The notes beneath the pieces were generated by a model. The model was given only the letters and a program-made list of their open reading frames with translations, did no database searches and had not been told where the DNA came from. DNA of 64,000 bases, taken from NCBI GenBank assembly GCA_951406725.2, contig OX597821.1:102920001-102984000 (forward strand), in the 5' to 3' direction. This document shows, piece by piece, positions 1 through 13,335 of the stretch (positions are counted from its first letter, which is position 1; the number at the start of each line of letters is the position of its first letter). This DNA is from Octopus vulgaris. Lineage: Eukaryota. The translations under genes and the position numbers were made by a program.

Positions 1-358
1 AATAAACTTCTGGAATGTTTTACAGATCTTTACAGTTCCAGTGATGGATTGCATGTGTAGTCTTCGAATTAGCTTTTTCCTTTCTGGTTTTGAGAAGTCT
101 AATTTCTTAAGATTGGTACTTAGGCAGTGTTTTACATATTTCAGAGCCCCAGGGCGCCAAATATGTATGTATGTATGTATGCATGTTCATTCAAATCTGC
201 TTGTATTTATATGCATATGTAGTATGTACGCACGTATTTAGGCATGTATGTTTATAGGTGTGTGTATGTGTACTTATTATGTATGTTGTTGGGATGTACG
301 TTTGTCTGTGCGTATGTATGTACATATATAGTATGTACGTATGCATACACACACATAC

Positions 359-399
<41 letters not shown>

Positions 400-680
400 C
401 GTTTATATGTATTTATGCATGCACGTACGATCCCGGAAAAATGATGGACTATATCTGCCTTTGGGAAAGCAGAACTTATATTCTCTTGTGTGTACATTCC
501 TTATTTACCGATACCATCCAATAAATAAATAAATATATAAATAAATAAATAATTAAAGAAATAAAACTAAACAAAATAAATAAAAATAAAGATAAAAACG
601 TTTTCGGAAGCATTTTATCCAAAATATAGAGTATCCATGTACTTGTATTGATTTCGAGTATTAATATACACGGACAAATT

Positions 681-897
681 AAGGCGGTAAGCTGGTATAT
701 TCGTTAGTATATCGGACAAAATGCTTAGTGGCATTTCGTCCGTCGTTACGTCCTGAATTCAAATTCCACCAAGGTTGACTTTGCGTGTCATCATTTCGGA
801 GTCGATAAAATAAATACCAGTCGAAATTGGGGTCAATGTATCCGACTTATTCCCCACCATCTGAAGTTGCTGGCCTTGTGCCAAAATTTGAAATCAA
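681..897 (+). mobile_element. tRNA-derived SINE, family 1 (Nin-domain-like core)
   Basis: aaggcgg..gctgg head, ctgaattcaaattcc B-box-like motif and ggagtcgataaaataaataccag core; many copies in the window. Confidence 0.75.
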
Positions 898-999
898 TAT
901 CAATACTACTTGCTCGTAGCTCATAGTAAGAAAGTCCGGGTTGAAGTGAACAGCAGAAGGTCGTCAGACAGCAGACCCAAACCCCACCCGCCGCATGGA

Positions 1000-1605
1000 T
1001 GTGGTTCAGCCCTTAACTCCTTACGCTCTAAGGGGCGGGGGAGGCTACATCCAGATTTCGACTCCTTGATACTTCTGTTTCCCCACTGTGTGGTATTGTC
1101 TGCGTTTCAAATTGCACCTCCTTGTGTCGTAAAGATGTTCCAGAGAGCAAAGGTGCCTTTGATGCGGTAACCACTTTAGTCTGAGGCACCAGTTGAACAT
1201 ATAGTAAATTATATCTCATGGAGTTCACTTTCATTCCACTTTGGCTATCGTCGTCAATTTGTTCTAGCAAAAACAAAAACAAAAAAAGCCCACAAAATTC
1301 TAGGAAGAATTGAACAGCAGAAAGTCTTCAGAGAAAAACCCCTGACCATCACACAAATGCTTCAGTCGTTAACTCCTTACACTCTAAGGGAGCTAGCCAC
1401 ATCGAAGTCATGTGTCCTGGATACACCTCGCGCTACTGTTTGTATTGCTGCCTGCAACATTTTGGGTGGTCAAAATGCCCACAGTGATCCAAGACTCCAG
1501 GGTGCTTTCGATCTCGTAACCTGTTCGGTCTGAAACACCAGCTGAACGTAGGTTGTATTGTGTCTTCTGAATCTCACTTTCAATCTACATTGACCAGATC
1601 ATGTC
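1000..1605. repeat. diverged direct duplication (~350 bp period)
   Basis: taactccttac[g/a]ctctaaggg near 1015 and 1371. ggtgc..t.gat...gtaacc...gtctga..caccag.tgaac near 1151 and 1501. Confidence 0.6.
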
Positions 1606-1624
1606 ATATAGCTGTCAGCTGAAG

Positions 1625-2230
1625 GGGACTTGGGAGTTTACTGCTGACCTTGATGGTTTTGTTACAAAAAGACCCGACCTTGTTATGTGGTGCAAGGAAG
1701 GGAAGCTGACAAAGATGGTAAAGCTGACAGGTCCTTGGGAAGCGAACATCGAGGTCGCTTTCCTCGGGAAAGATAGATAGTACAGTGAGCTGGTTGACCT
1801 TTGTGAAAACAATGGATGGGAAACAATATGTCTTCCCATAATGATAAGCTTAGAAGACTATTTGGAACTAAGGCTCACTCGATATTTAGGGGTTTTGTAC
1901 TAGCTGTGAATGAGAGAAAAATGCCAGATAATTATCAGAAGCTGTTGAGAAAGCAAGCCCTTACATTTGGCTTAAGACAGAGGACGAATGTTGTAGTAAG
2001 AACGATTACTGAGGATAATAGAAACATCTGGCCAAGAGTTTCGACATGTGATTCAACAAAGCTCGTGCTGTCGTGTGCGTGTTACATCACCTATATCGGT
2101 GAGTAACCTGCAGGCTGCTCTGGTGTCGTGTTGGAAGGGGCCGGAACACCTACAGAGCTGCTTCACCGCTTGACGAGTCGTCGACTCTCGCTTTCGATGA
2201 TAGAATACAGCAGGACCTTCAACACACAAG
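1625..2230 (+). mobile_element. decayed 3' end of RLE-type non-LTR retrotransposon (HERO-like)
   Basis: WEFTADLDGFVTKRPDLVMWCKEGK...VKLTGPWEANIEVAF..K..*YSELVDLCENNGWETICLPI, then AVEKASPYIWLK. These match the RPD / ELTVPWE / K-KY restriction-like endonuclease motifs; the frame contains a stop and frameshifts. Confidence 0.8.
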
Positions 2231-2367
2231 AGTTTACCCTAAATGTTCTAGAGAATTAAACCACACCTCCCAAAATAACAAAAAGTAAAACAAAAATAAA
2301 AACGAAAGCAAAAATAAAGGGGTAGGAAAAAATATATATATATATACGAGAAAACACTGATACTTAC

Positions 2368-2610
2368 TACATTTTGAAATATTGCAAGCTGCCCAACGAG
2401 AATTTGTGTCGTTAACATAACACCAGGGCATATCATTGTCACCTCCGGGGTTTCGGCAATAGTTTGCAGAATTCTCTAATTCTGCAAATATATCAGGATG
2501 ACGTCGATGTGAATGGGGATAGTCAACTGACCAAGATTGGCAGGTAAGGCCAGTCTTAGTTGTGTTCACAGTCCCATTATACCAACGTCCTTTACCAATG
2601 TAACAATCAC
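2368..2610 (-). CDS. Nrk: Nrk/MuSK/ROR-family RTK, kringle-domain exon
   Basis: Acceptor ccccttag|GT and donor A|gtaagt; 243 nt, phase 1-1. DCYIGKGRWYNGTVNTTKTGLTCQSW...NYCRNPGGDNDMPWCY...RWAACNISKC is a canonical six-Cys kringle. Confidence 0.95.
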
Positions 2611-2847
2611 CTAAGGGGGAGAAAGAAAGAAAAAAAAATTGGAAAACAAATAAAATAAAAAATAATAAAAGGAAAAATGTAATAAAAAATAAAAAAAGAC
2701 TTTCGATTTTGGAAAAAAAAGGCATTTTTCATTACTCTTTCGTTCTCACTCCTCCCTTTCCTCTCCTCCTTCTGTCCCTCTTCTCTCACCCTTCTCCCCC
2801 TCCATTTTCTCTTCGTTATTATTTCCCTTACTAATAGTATTAGTAAA

Positions 2848-3080
2848 ATTGGCAGAATCGTTAGAGCGTCGAACAAAATGTCATGTTGTTGGAGGCTTTA
2901 ACGGTTTTTGTTTCTGCTCTTTTATTTCCTGATCTGAAATCCCGTTGACGTCGACTTTGCCGTTCATGCATTCGGTATCGATAAAATAAGGCACCAGTTA
3001 AGTAAGTGGGTCGGAGGCTTCGACCTCCTCACTCCCCTTCCCCCAACAAATTGCTGGCCTTGTGTCAAAATTAGAAAAAG

Positions 3081-3117
<37 letters not shown>

Positions 3118-3295
3118 TAAGGCGGCGAGCTGGCAGAATCGTTGGCACAAAATGCTTAACATTTCGTACGTCTTTACGTTCTGAGTTCAAATTCCGCCGA
3201 GGTCGATAAAATAAGTAGGAGTTGAGCACTGGGGTCGATTTAATCGATTTATCATTTCCCTCGAAATTACAGGCCTTGTGCCAAAATAAGAAAGA
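2848..3295 (+). mobile_element. two decayed family-1 SINE copies separated by (CAT)n
   Basis: ggcagaatcgtt heads at ~2850 and ~3131, with shared gtcgataaaataag and ggccttgtg(c/t)caaaa tails. Confidence 0.7.
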
Positions 3296-4018
3296 ATTAC
3301 CACTCGCCATAAGAATTCTACCAAACGGGTTTCTCAAACAAGTGGTTAATATTTTTAGCAAAATAAACGTGAATGGTTGTACTTTTTATTTTCATTTTCT
3401 CTTTTCTTGTAACCTTTTTATCTGCCCAAAGCTTTTTCATGAGTTTGTCCTTTTAGTTAAACCTTTAGTTAGGCTTTTAGCTCGTCCTTGCTTCATACGT
3501 TCTGTATAATATGAAGCTTTCTTTTCATAAGTCCCAAATTACTCAGTTCGTTGAAAAAAAAAATGGGCATTTCAGCAGTGGTGTGCCCCAGCATGGCCGC
3601 GGCCTTCGGGCTAAAACATTTTTAAGGATTTAAGGATTTCAATCACATATGATGTATGGACGTCAGGGAAATATATCTTGTGACATAGAAATGAATCTCC
3701 ATTTAACTGTTTGCCTGCCAAATCCTTTTCATAAGCTTATCCTAAACGTCCATGTTTGCCCTCAGATTTTTAGTTAACCCTTGTATCATATCTTCTGAAT
3801 GATACAAAGCCTTCTTTTCATAGGTCCCAAGTTACTCATGTGGTGGGAGAAAATTTGTATCATATATGATGCAAGGATTCGAGGTAAGTATGCCCTGCGT
3901 ATCACATGCGATACGCAGGACAACAAAATGTAAAATGTTTTTTTTTCATACAATAGCGTCTACATTAATAACAACAAGCAGTTACACCCCTCTAATAAAC
4001 AAAACACATTTCTTAAAC

Positions 4019-4597
4019 CAGTGGTTCTCAACCGTTTTTTTTTTTCTTTTCTATTTTACCTATGTACCCCTTTGATTCCTGTTAACTCAGGAATCTACTA
4101 TTTCGAATAAAATATTAAGAATTGCATAAAAAATTGGTTAAGCTATTTGATGCATTGGTGGAGACACATGACCTAGTGGTTAGAGCAGCGGACTCACGGT
4201 CGAGGGATCGCGGGTTCGAATCTCAGACCGGGCGATGTGTGTGTTTATAAGCGAAACACCTAAGCTCCACGCGGCTCCGGCAGAAGGTAATGGCAAATTT
4301 CTGCTGACTTTTTCGCCACAACTTTCTCTCACTCTTTCCTCTTGCATCTCACCTGCGAGGGACCGGCGTCCCGTCCAGGTGGAAAACCTATACGCCAAGG
4401 AAACCGGAAAACCGGCCCTTATGAGCCAGGCATGGCTCGAGAAGGAACAAACATTTGATGTATTGATGAAATAAAAGCAATTTATTTCGCATAAATTTTG
4501 CCAAGAAAGATCTTATATGGACGTCAAATATCTTATGAACCCCCAACGGTCATATGAACCCCGCAAGGATCATATGGGCCCCGGCTGAAAACCACTG
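4019..4597. mobile_element. hAT-like MITE with nested SINE
   Basis: TIRs cagtggttctcaacc / ggctgaaaaccactg and subterminal catatg(a/g)acccc repeats. Confidence 0.7.
4160..4452 (+). mobile_element. tRNA-derived SINE (family 3)
   Basis: A box tgacctagtgg and B box ggttcgaatc. Flanked by an imperfect 16-bp TSD, atttgatgcattggtg / atttgatgtattgatg. Confidence 0.8.
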
Positions 4598-4740
4598 GTT
4601 AATACAGAAAAGAAACAAAATGCTAACTATAAAATGCACAATCACGCACAGTTCAACAAACAAAAGAACTAAACAATATTTCTATGTACAAAATTAATTA
4701 ATTAATTAACATTGACACATAAAACGTGGTTGATGTTGTT

Positions 4741-4774
<34 letters not shown>

Positions 4775-4834
4775 GCAATAACGATAAGTGTAACACATGA
4801 GCAAAAACTTACCTTACCCAAAATAACAAAACTG

Positions 4835-5157
4835 GTCCTTCGTCGATTACGACGACGAGAGTTCCAGTTGATGTGATCAACTGAACACTCTGCTCGTGAA
4901 ATTAACATGAAAGTGGCTGAGCACTCTACAGTCACGTGAACCTTTGACGTAGTCCTCAAGGAGGTTCAGCGTGACTCAGAATGTGACAAGGCTGTTCCCT
5001 TTGAATTACAGATACAACTCATTTTTGCCGGCAGAGTGAACTGGAGCAATGTGAAGTAAAGCGTCTTGCTCAACGATATAACGCGCCGCCAGGAATCGAA
5101 CACACGACTGTACGATCGTGAGCTGAATACCCTAACCATTAATCCACGCGCCTTCAC
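4835..5157 (-). mobile_element. tRNA-derived SINE (family 4; related heads near 37430 and 52090)
   Basis: gtgaaggcgcgtgg..aatggttagg head, gttcgattcc B box and ttgagcaagacgcttt..cacattgctccag core. Confidence 0.7.
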
Positions 5158-5867
5158 TTAGTAAAATCAAGAATGACATTTGAAATGGTGAGGATGGGTC
5201 AGTTTTATTTGCGCGGAGGCCTTGGGTTTGAAGTCATCTTTGAAAATAGAACCGTTTGGAAAGTCTTATATTACATGAATAAATGCCGTCTTAATTTCCT
5301 GAGTTCAAATTGGGCGCAGGTCGAATTTGCATTATGGGGTCGATGAAATAAATACCAGTTGAGTACTGGGGTCGGTGTAATTGACTTAGCCCTTTAGCCC
5401 TTGCCCCGAACTTGCTGGCCTTGTGCCAATATTTGAAAACAATATATGTTTGTCTATGTCATTGTATCTGTGTCTGCCCTCCCCACAATGTTTGACAACC
5501 GGCGTCGGTTTGCTTATGTCCGCGTGACATTGTGGTTCGGTAAAAGGAAACTGATAGAACAAGTACTAAGCTTTAAAAATATAAACACCGTTGTTGACTT
5601 ATTTTCTTAAACCCTACAGAGAGATGCTCCAACAAGGCCGCTGTCCAATGACTGAAACTAGTAAAAGACTAAAAGGTCAGTGTTAATTAATTAGAGAAAT
5701 TGTTAATAGTATTTAACTAAAGCGAATGACTGGAGGCGCCAGAGACGTTGATGGTCTCGATCTACATAACGAACTCAAAATGGGCGAAACCATCAGCTTC
5801 TCTTCCGATGGGAGGCGGCCGTTTAGTATACGTACGACCCTTACAGGTCCTATGATCCTTACAAGTA

Positions 5868-6086
5868 CAAGAGGGTGCTGAAAAGTCCTTGACTTTAAGG
5901 GTATCGTAAAAGGCCTAGTTGAAAGCTCAACGTTCCGAGTTCTTTTACAGGGCTTAGAAAAACTGAAGGACCGCTACAATAAGTGAGTGACCCTGAGAGG
6001 GGAAAATGGCGAATAAAGTCATGATTAACTGAAAGTCCTGTATATTCTTTTACCCAAAGCCAGGAACTTTACAGCACCATCACGTA
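5868..6086 (+). mobile_element. mariner-derived non-autonomous element
   Basis: TIRs gagggtgctgaaaagtccttgacttt / aaagccaggaactttacagcacc. The interior encodes GLEKLKDRYNK*VTLRGENGE, a mariner transposase C-terminal remnant. Confidence 0.75.
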
Positions 6087-6175
6087 CTAGCAAGATATTG
6101 TTAAAATTAACGTCCAATAAATTGGTTATTCTTTTACGGTATACAGATTTCAACATCTTGTACAATTCCTAATAA

Positions 6176-6543
6176 TCTCGCTATATATAAACGGCAAAAT
6201 GTCTGTGTGTATGTGTGTCCTTTATACAAATCCACAATTTTTCAGTTAGAGGGCTCGCACTTTCTATGGTCATTTAAAACCGTCCAAGGGTAGTCGTGCA
6301 CATCTTTACATTTTCCCAGTCACCCCGCAAAGCCATTAAAAAATCAATAGAAGTGACATTTTTGTGAATTTTCTATCCAAAACCCAATCAAAATGCCCGA
6401 AACTTGATACGCCAATTGAATGATAGCTAGCTGTATGTGATTGGTCGGAGATTGGGACAGTACTCGCGTGTTTGTGTGCACGAACGCAGCTGTATATGCA
6501 TGCACTAGCACTATAACCCAGCGTTGCCAGGTCATAGTGCTAG
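6176..6543 (+). mobile_element. non-autonomous Helitron
   Basis: 5' TC..ctatatataaa; 3' hairpin (acccagcgttgccaggt) ending in CTAG; inserted at an A|T site. Confidence 0.7.
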
Positions 6544-7403
6544 TATTTAATAATACAGTAGGCTATTTTTAAAAACGTCTGTTGGGTGGGCCAGTAAAGT
6601 TGAATAGGAACCAAAAAGGTTACATGGGTGACCCGCCACCCGCGAAAAATGGTTGAGCACCACCAATGTAAGCGACGAATGCACGGCTGCCAAGTGGGCT
6701 ACTTTTGGTAAGCAGAACAATGGGTTGTGGGGACGTGGGGCCCTATATGAATTAGGTGGCAGCTGAAGTCATTATTAAAGGTCTATGACCAAGAGTGGGA
6801 GGTAGATGCGGTTGGTTGATAATGTATGTTGGTTTAGAAGGGATGAAGAGACGTCAGGAATTTAAACCTCAGATGTAGTATAACAGTTATTCATTCATTC
6901 AACTGGTGTGACAGGAACTTTTATACATGTGTACGTATGTGTGTGTATACATACATACATACATACATACATACATACATACATACATACATACATACAT
7001 ACATACATTTATATATACATACATACATACATACATACATTATATATATATGTGTATATAATGTATATGTATATGTATATATATATTTATATATATATAT
7101 GTACATAGATGCTTATACATCCATGTATAAATATATGTGTGTATATGTATCTACATATGTATATCTATTGAGTACCTTATTTACTGTGGTTAACCCCGAC
7201 TCAACCCGGGACCTACATATGTATATCTATATATATATATATGCATATATATATATATAGAGAGAGAGAGAGAGGGAGAGACAAATATATATATATATAC
7301 ACACACACACACATATATGTGTGTGTATATATATGTATATATATATATATATATATGCATATATTGGTATATAAATATATGTACATGTATGTGTGTGTTT
7401 ATA

Positions 7404-7489
<86 letters not shown>

Positions 7490-7790
7490 ATATGATACAT
7501 GCACACATACATACAGATATATATATATACATGCATGCGTGCGCGCAATACACTACACCTACGTGAAGATGGCCATCTTGACACCGCAATGGAGGAAGGA
7601 AGGGTGTTACTGTAAATCTTTGAGTTCAGCCAAAAGAGAAAAACAAAACTGTATACAGCTATGTGTGTGTATGTATAATTCTGTGTGCCTCTGTGAATGA
7701 CAGTGTGTATATGTATGTGTGTGTGTGTGTGTGTCTGGTGGCTGATTGTATGTATGTTATAGGGTGGAGAGTGAGATACATACATACATA

Positions 7791-7879
<89 letters not shown>

Positions 7880-8038
7880 AAAACAAGCATTCAGGATAAG
7901 GGTCAGAGAATGATCATTAGATAAACCACCAAAGTATATATATATACGTGTCTGTACTCACACATACATACACACACACACACACACATACGCTCATAAC
8001 ATAGAATGCCCGCGCACATTCACACACACACACACACG

Positions 8039-8112
<74 letters not shown>

Positions 8113-8339
8113 TGTATATACACAGTACGCATACACCCACCCGCTGATATGTATTCTATCTTATATCAGAAAATTCAAGAACAGCTGTATATTCCATCAA
8201 TACCCTTAATTAAAAGGTCAGGTGTCATTGAGAAGGCCTTTGTGCTGGAACTAGACTTGGTGAGACCAGTTCACTAATTTTATTGTAAAAGTCATCAAAC
8301 GACCAATTCTTATATATTTTCCCGACTGAGGAGATATCT

Positions 8340-8504
8340 TCTATCTTTTATCTTTTACTTGTTTCAATCATTAGACTACGACTATGCTGGAGCAATGTAT
8401 TAAAGTGGTTTAGTCGAACGAATCGACGCCACTGCTTTTATATACTATATTTGTTCCACGTCCTCGCGTTGTTGTGTTTTTTTGTGCTTTCTTGTTTGGA
8501 TTAA

Positions 8505-8578
<74 letters not shown>

Positions 8579-8870
8579 AATTCTGCTACATATGTTATCG
8601 GGCACTTTTGCCGAAATGCTAAGTTACTGGAACGTTAACAAACCAACACCGGCTGTCAAGCACTGGTGGACACACACATACACGCACACACACATACAGA
8701 TATATATATATATATGTACCCCCACACGTCAGGCTTGTTTCAGTTTCTATCTACCAAATCCACTTATCAATAAGGCTTTGGTCGACCGGCACTATTGTGG
8801 AATATACTCGCCCAAGGAGCCATACATTGGGACTGAACCCGGAACAATATGGTTCGGAGGGAAACTGCGC
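8340..8870 (-). mobile_element. family-2 SINE (tRNA head, internal microsatellite, tail), interrupted by a (TA)n-associated fragment at 8445-8505
   Basis: cttttacttgtttc..tcatt.gact.cg tail and gggactgaacccgga head, as in the other family-2 copies. Confidence 0.65.
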
Positions 8871-10224
8871 CTATATAAATTTGTATGTTGAGATAATTAT
8901 TGTCTCTATTTGTGGCCAGCAGGAGCCCCTGCTCTAAAGATACAAATGGCACCTTGTATCTCTTGCACGAAAGGATCGTGTGTTCAATGAACATGTAGTT
9001 GTTGCAAAGGAAGAGCTGGTCTCCTGTGACGTACACACCATGGATTAACATATTTATGTTCGAATCTGTGTATTAAGAACAAATATGCAAACCATCATTT
9101 CAAATCTCGCTGTGCACAGTGCAAATAACGATTTCTTTCATTGCTTGGTAGAAAGAAGCATGAGTCAGCAAATTATTTTGCACGCTAAAATTATAGATAA
9201 AACTGGTTATCTTGCTTAGGCTTAAATAGTTTGGTGAGATCTGACTGACGAGGCGCAATATGTCGAAACACCGGTGTCCAAGACACCCTTGTGCCAATGA
9301 GCTGAGAATGTAAGGATCACGATGTCATCGTCATGTATCGTACGTTCTCTGTTGCACTTTGATGGCATTACAACGAAATTCTTCCCGATTAAGCGCGAGT
9401 CCTCACATCGGATGAAACCGTAGTGTTACTTAGTTCTGACTTTCTCAGTGTTTCCTAGGCAGAGATATTGGGCTGGTTTGCCATTATTTTTCCCCAATTG
9501 AATGGCTGTTGACCCACAAGGAGCTCATCAACCGTTCGACTAGTTATGTTTTTAATCCTGCTGAATCTCCAGATACCCCAACTACCAAGAGACAAGTAGC
9601 AGGTCTCATGGTTTACATGGTACAAGTAGCAAGTCTCATCAGCCTGTTATGAGATCCCTTCGTAAAAAGAAGCTGTTCTCTTGTGATGAGCATATTTGCG
9701 TTCGAACATACGGTATGTATTAACCCATTCGCAGATTGGTCTGTCAGATGTAATACTTATTTATTCATAACACGTAGCTTTAAGACTTTGATGATGTGGT
9801 TGTATTTCATTAGAATGACATTGTAGGGTATGTACAAGAGACTGGATCTGGCCAGTTTGAACATAAAACAGGTGGAATATTTTGGCCGATTTAAATACTA
9901 ACGGATTAAAGACAAATATGCCCGTCGTTGTTTCAGATCTCATAGTTCACTGTGCAAATAACTATTTATTAAAATAGAATAATGTTAGTTTAAGTGCTTG
10001 ATATTCATATAGATCCCAGCAACTCCTTTCATTCAGATTCTTTTTACCCTCTTAATTTAGTTTATATATTTCAAATTTTAGCATCGCTGGAAACCTTGTC
10101 TTTTTACTGAAGAGCATTTTAAAATTCGAAACGCGTGTGTGTAGGTTAATAAGAGAACTCTATAACTACATACAAAAATAGATTAAGCTTGTCGTTATGT
10201 ATTTATTCTTTTTCTTTTCTTCTT

Positions 10225-10465
10225 TTCTTTGATTCAATCATTTGACTGCGGCCATGCTGGAGCACTGCCTTGGCGTGTTTTTGTCAAACAATTCGGCCCC
10301 AGGAGTTATCCTTTAAGCCCACTACTTATTCTACCAGTCCCTTAGCCGAACCGCTAAGTTACGGGGACGCAAACACACCAACAACGGTTGTCAGACGATG
10401 AAGGCGACAAACGCAGGCACACAGACATATGCACATACATACATGCAGACAAACATATATATATG

Positions 10466-10564
<99 letters not shown>

Positions 10565-10735
10565 ATATATACGACAGATTTCTTTTAGTTTCCGTCTACC
10601 AAATCCACTAACAGGGTTTTGGTCGGTCCAAGGATTTAGTAGAAGACACTTGCCCAGGGTGTTACGCATTCGATCTGAACCCGGAACCATGTGTTTGGGA
10701 AGTAAGCTTCTTATCACACAGCCATACATGGCCCT
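10225..10735 (-). mobile_element. family-2 SINE
   Basis: Full head, (TA)n and tail architecture. Confidence 0.8.
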
Positions 10736-11533
10736 ATTCCGTATTTTTTATTGCAATAAAATTACCGTATTTATTCGTGTATAAGACGCACTATTACGTC
10801 CTCGTAACTTAGTGACTTGGCGGTTCGACCAAACAAACCTTTAAAAATAGTATGTACTGGAGTTGTGCTGTCCGGCTAAACCAGTGCCAGTGCCCCAGCA
10901 TAGCCGCAGGCTAATGACAGTAGCAAGTGAGAGAGATTAATGAGAGAAGAGAGGTGAGGGTAATTAATGAAGAGTTCGTTAAGCGAGGCACTGGAGTAAT
11001 CCAAAAACCCAGCTTTGAACCTTCTTTGAGAAACGGGCCACATGAGACATGACTGAACTGCATGCGGAGCTGCACGACTGAACAAGAAAAGCTCAAGGTA
11101 AATACAAGGTAGGCGGGCAGGCGTGCCATTCAGACAGTCCTGCGGCCCGTGTGTGCTCATCACTGTCGTAGACACATGCCAAGATCGTTGTGTTGGTAGA
11201 ACAGCTGTATGCTCATCGCCGACAACGACGGATCATCTCTAATCATATGGTGTTTTTTTTGGAATAGCGACTGATATAGTTGTTCTTCATGTGTGGGGCA
11301 ATGACGAAGTTTTTGTTGTTGTTGCTGGTGGTGGTGATGGTGTAGGTGGTGGTGGTGGTTGTGGTGGTGGTGGTTGTGGTGGTGGTGGTTGTGGTGGTGT
11401 AGGTGTAGGTGGTGACGGGATTGATGACAGAGAACTTGCGCTGTTTATATAAACCTATGCCAACCTTACTGTATTTATATAGTGGCATTTTATATGTGGG
11501 CAAACATATCACTGCTACTGCTGTTGCTGATAT

Positions 11534-11582
<49 letters not shown>

Positions 11583-11700
11583 GCTACTACTACTACTGAT
11601 AGAGGTGGTGGTGGTGGTAATGGTCGTGCAGATATGGGTATATGATATAACCAGCCCACGCACTTGTGTATGCGTGCGAGCGTATCTGTGTGTATGTGTA

Positions 11701-11766
<66 letters not shown>

Positions 11767-11773
11767 GAGATAG

Positions 11774-11869
<96 letters not shown>

Positions 11870-12346
11870 GTGCTTTTTGAAAATTTATCGATAAAAATAG
11901 TTCAAAATGAAAGTGAGACTAATCGTTGGGTGGCGCAAGTCTGTGGGTGGTTGATGTTTGGGGTTAGGAAGAGAGACGGATCTTTGGGGCCTACTGATAA
12001 ACTTGACCCCGAAGAATTTGAGAAAGTTATATTGTATAAAATTATTACTTCTTCCACTGTTATTGGTCATAAAGTTTCTGCGAGTTGAGTATAAATTACT
12101 TAGTTGGGAGAGACAAAGAGAGAAAGAGAGGTGAAGGAGAGAGAGGGAGAGAGAGAGAGATAGATAGTGAGAGATGAAAGAGAGACGGAAAAAGAAAAGG
12201 AAATAGAAAGAAAGAGTGAAAGGATACATTTATACATACATACACACACACACATACACAACACGCACACACACACGCGCACACATACACACACACACAC
12301 ATGCGCACACATACACACCACACACACACACACAAACACACACATA

Positions 12347-12562
12347 CTTTATTAATAAAGCTGCAAAGACATCACAAAAACTGTTACTCAGAGTGTCACG
12401 TTCCCGTTCGTCGAAAAACTGTCCGACGAAAGGGTACGTGAAACTCTGAGTATCATTTTTTGTGATGTTTTTGCAGCTTTAATAATAAAGCATATTACTC
12501 TGTCTCCGGTATTCGAGTTCTATTTTTTTCCACTTTGTGTCACATTTATATGCTTACTCTGG
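12347..12562 (+). mobile_element. fold-back + tail element with hammerhead motif (Penelope pLTR-like, family A)
   Basis: Imperfect palindrome 12347-12490 containing ctgtCCGACGA..cgtGAAACtctgaGTA. The tail is homologous to 35683-35760 on the reverse strand. Confidence 0.65.
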
Positions 12563-12594
12563 TATGTATGTATGTATGTATGTATGTATGTATG

Positions 12595-12654
<60 letters not shown>

Positions 12655-12660
<6 letters not shown>

Positions 12661-12835
12661 AAAAAAAAAAAAAAGAAAAAAAAAGACAGGTGGTGTAGAC
12701 AACAAACAGATGTATTAGTATAACGCTCGGGAAGTAAAAAGTCTTTAACGTTTCGAGCCTAAGCTCTTCCACAGAAGGGGACACAGAAAGAAACAAGGAG
12801 AGAAGATAAAGAATGTGTATTGGCTAGCGATCTAT
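12655..12835 (-). mobile_element. microsatellite-embedded element with hammerhead-like motif (family C)
   Basis: Minus strand CTGTGGAa-gagc-ttag-gctc-GAAACGTT; homologous to 44045-44297 and 49590-49745. Confidence 0.6.
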
Positions 12836-13184
12836 AACACCCACATATATATATTTAAAGAAAAAGAGAGGGTTAGAGGAGAGAGAGGGAGAGACAGATA
12901 GAGAGAGAAAGTGAAATTCCCATATTAATTCATACATGTATACACATACATATATATGTAAGTATATACAGACATTTACGAACGTACGTACGTACACACA
13001 TACATACATACATATATACATACATACATACATTTGCCTGGTTTCCCGGTTTCTGTGGCGTATGCCCCCCCCCCACCTCAGCTGGACAGGACACCAGTTC
13101 ATCGCAACGTTACTCAAGAAACAGGAAGAAAGAGTGAGAAAAAGTTGGAGCGAAAGAATACAACAGGGGTCGCCACCACCCCGT

Positions 13185-13242
13185 GCCGTAAACACACCAA
13201 CATCGGTTGCTAAGCGATGGTGGTGGGACAAACATATACACA

Positions 13243-13335
<93 letters not shown>

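Noticed and set aside
2234-2725. 163-aa ORF as a standalone TM-kringle-TM protein
   Set aside because: The hydrophobic flanks are intronic T-rich sequence outside clear splice sites.
3420-3845. Diverged ~120-bp direct repeat
   Set aside because: Old local duplication with no coding or structural signal.
4160-4235. Possible tRNA gene
   Set aside because: The A and B boxes continue into a SINE body with a TSD, and there is no proper acceptor stem.
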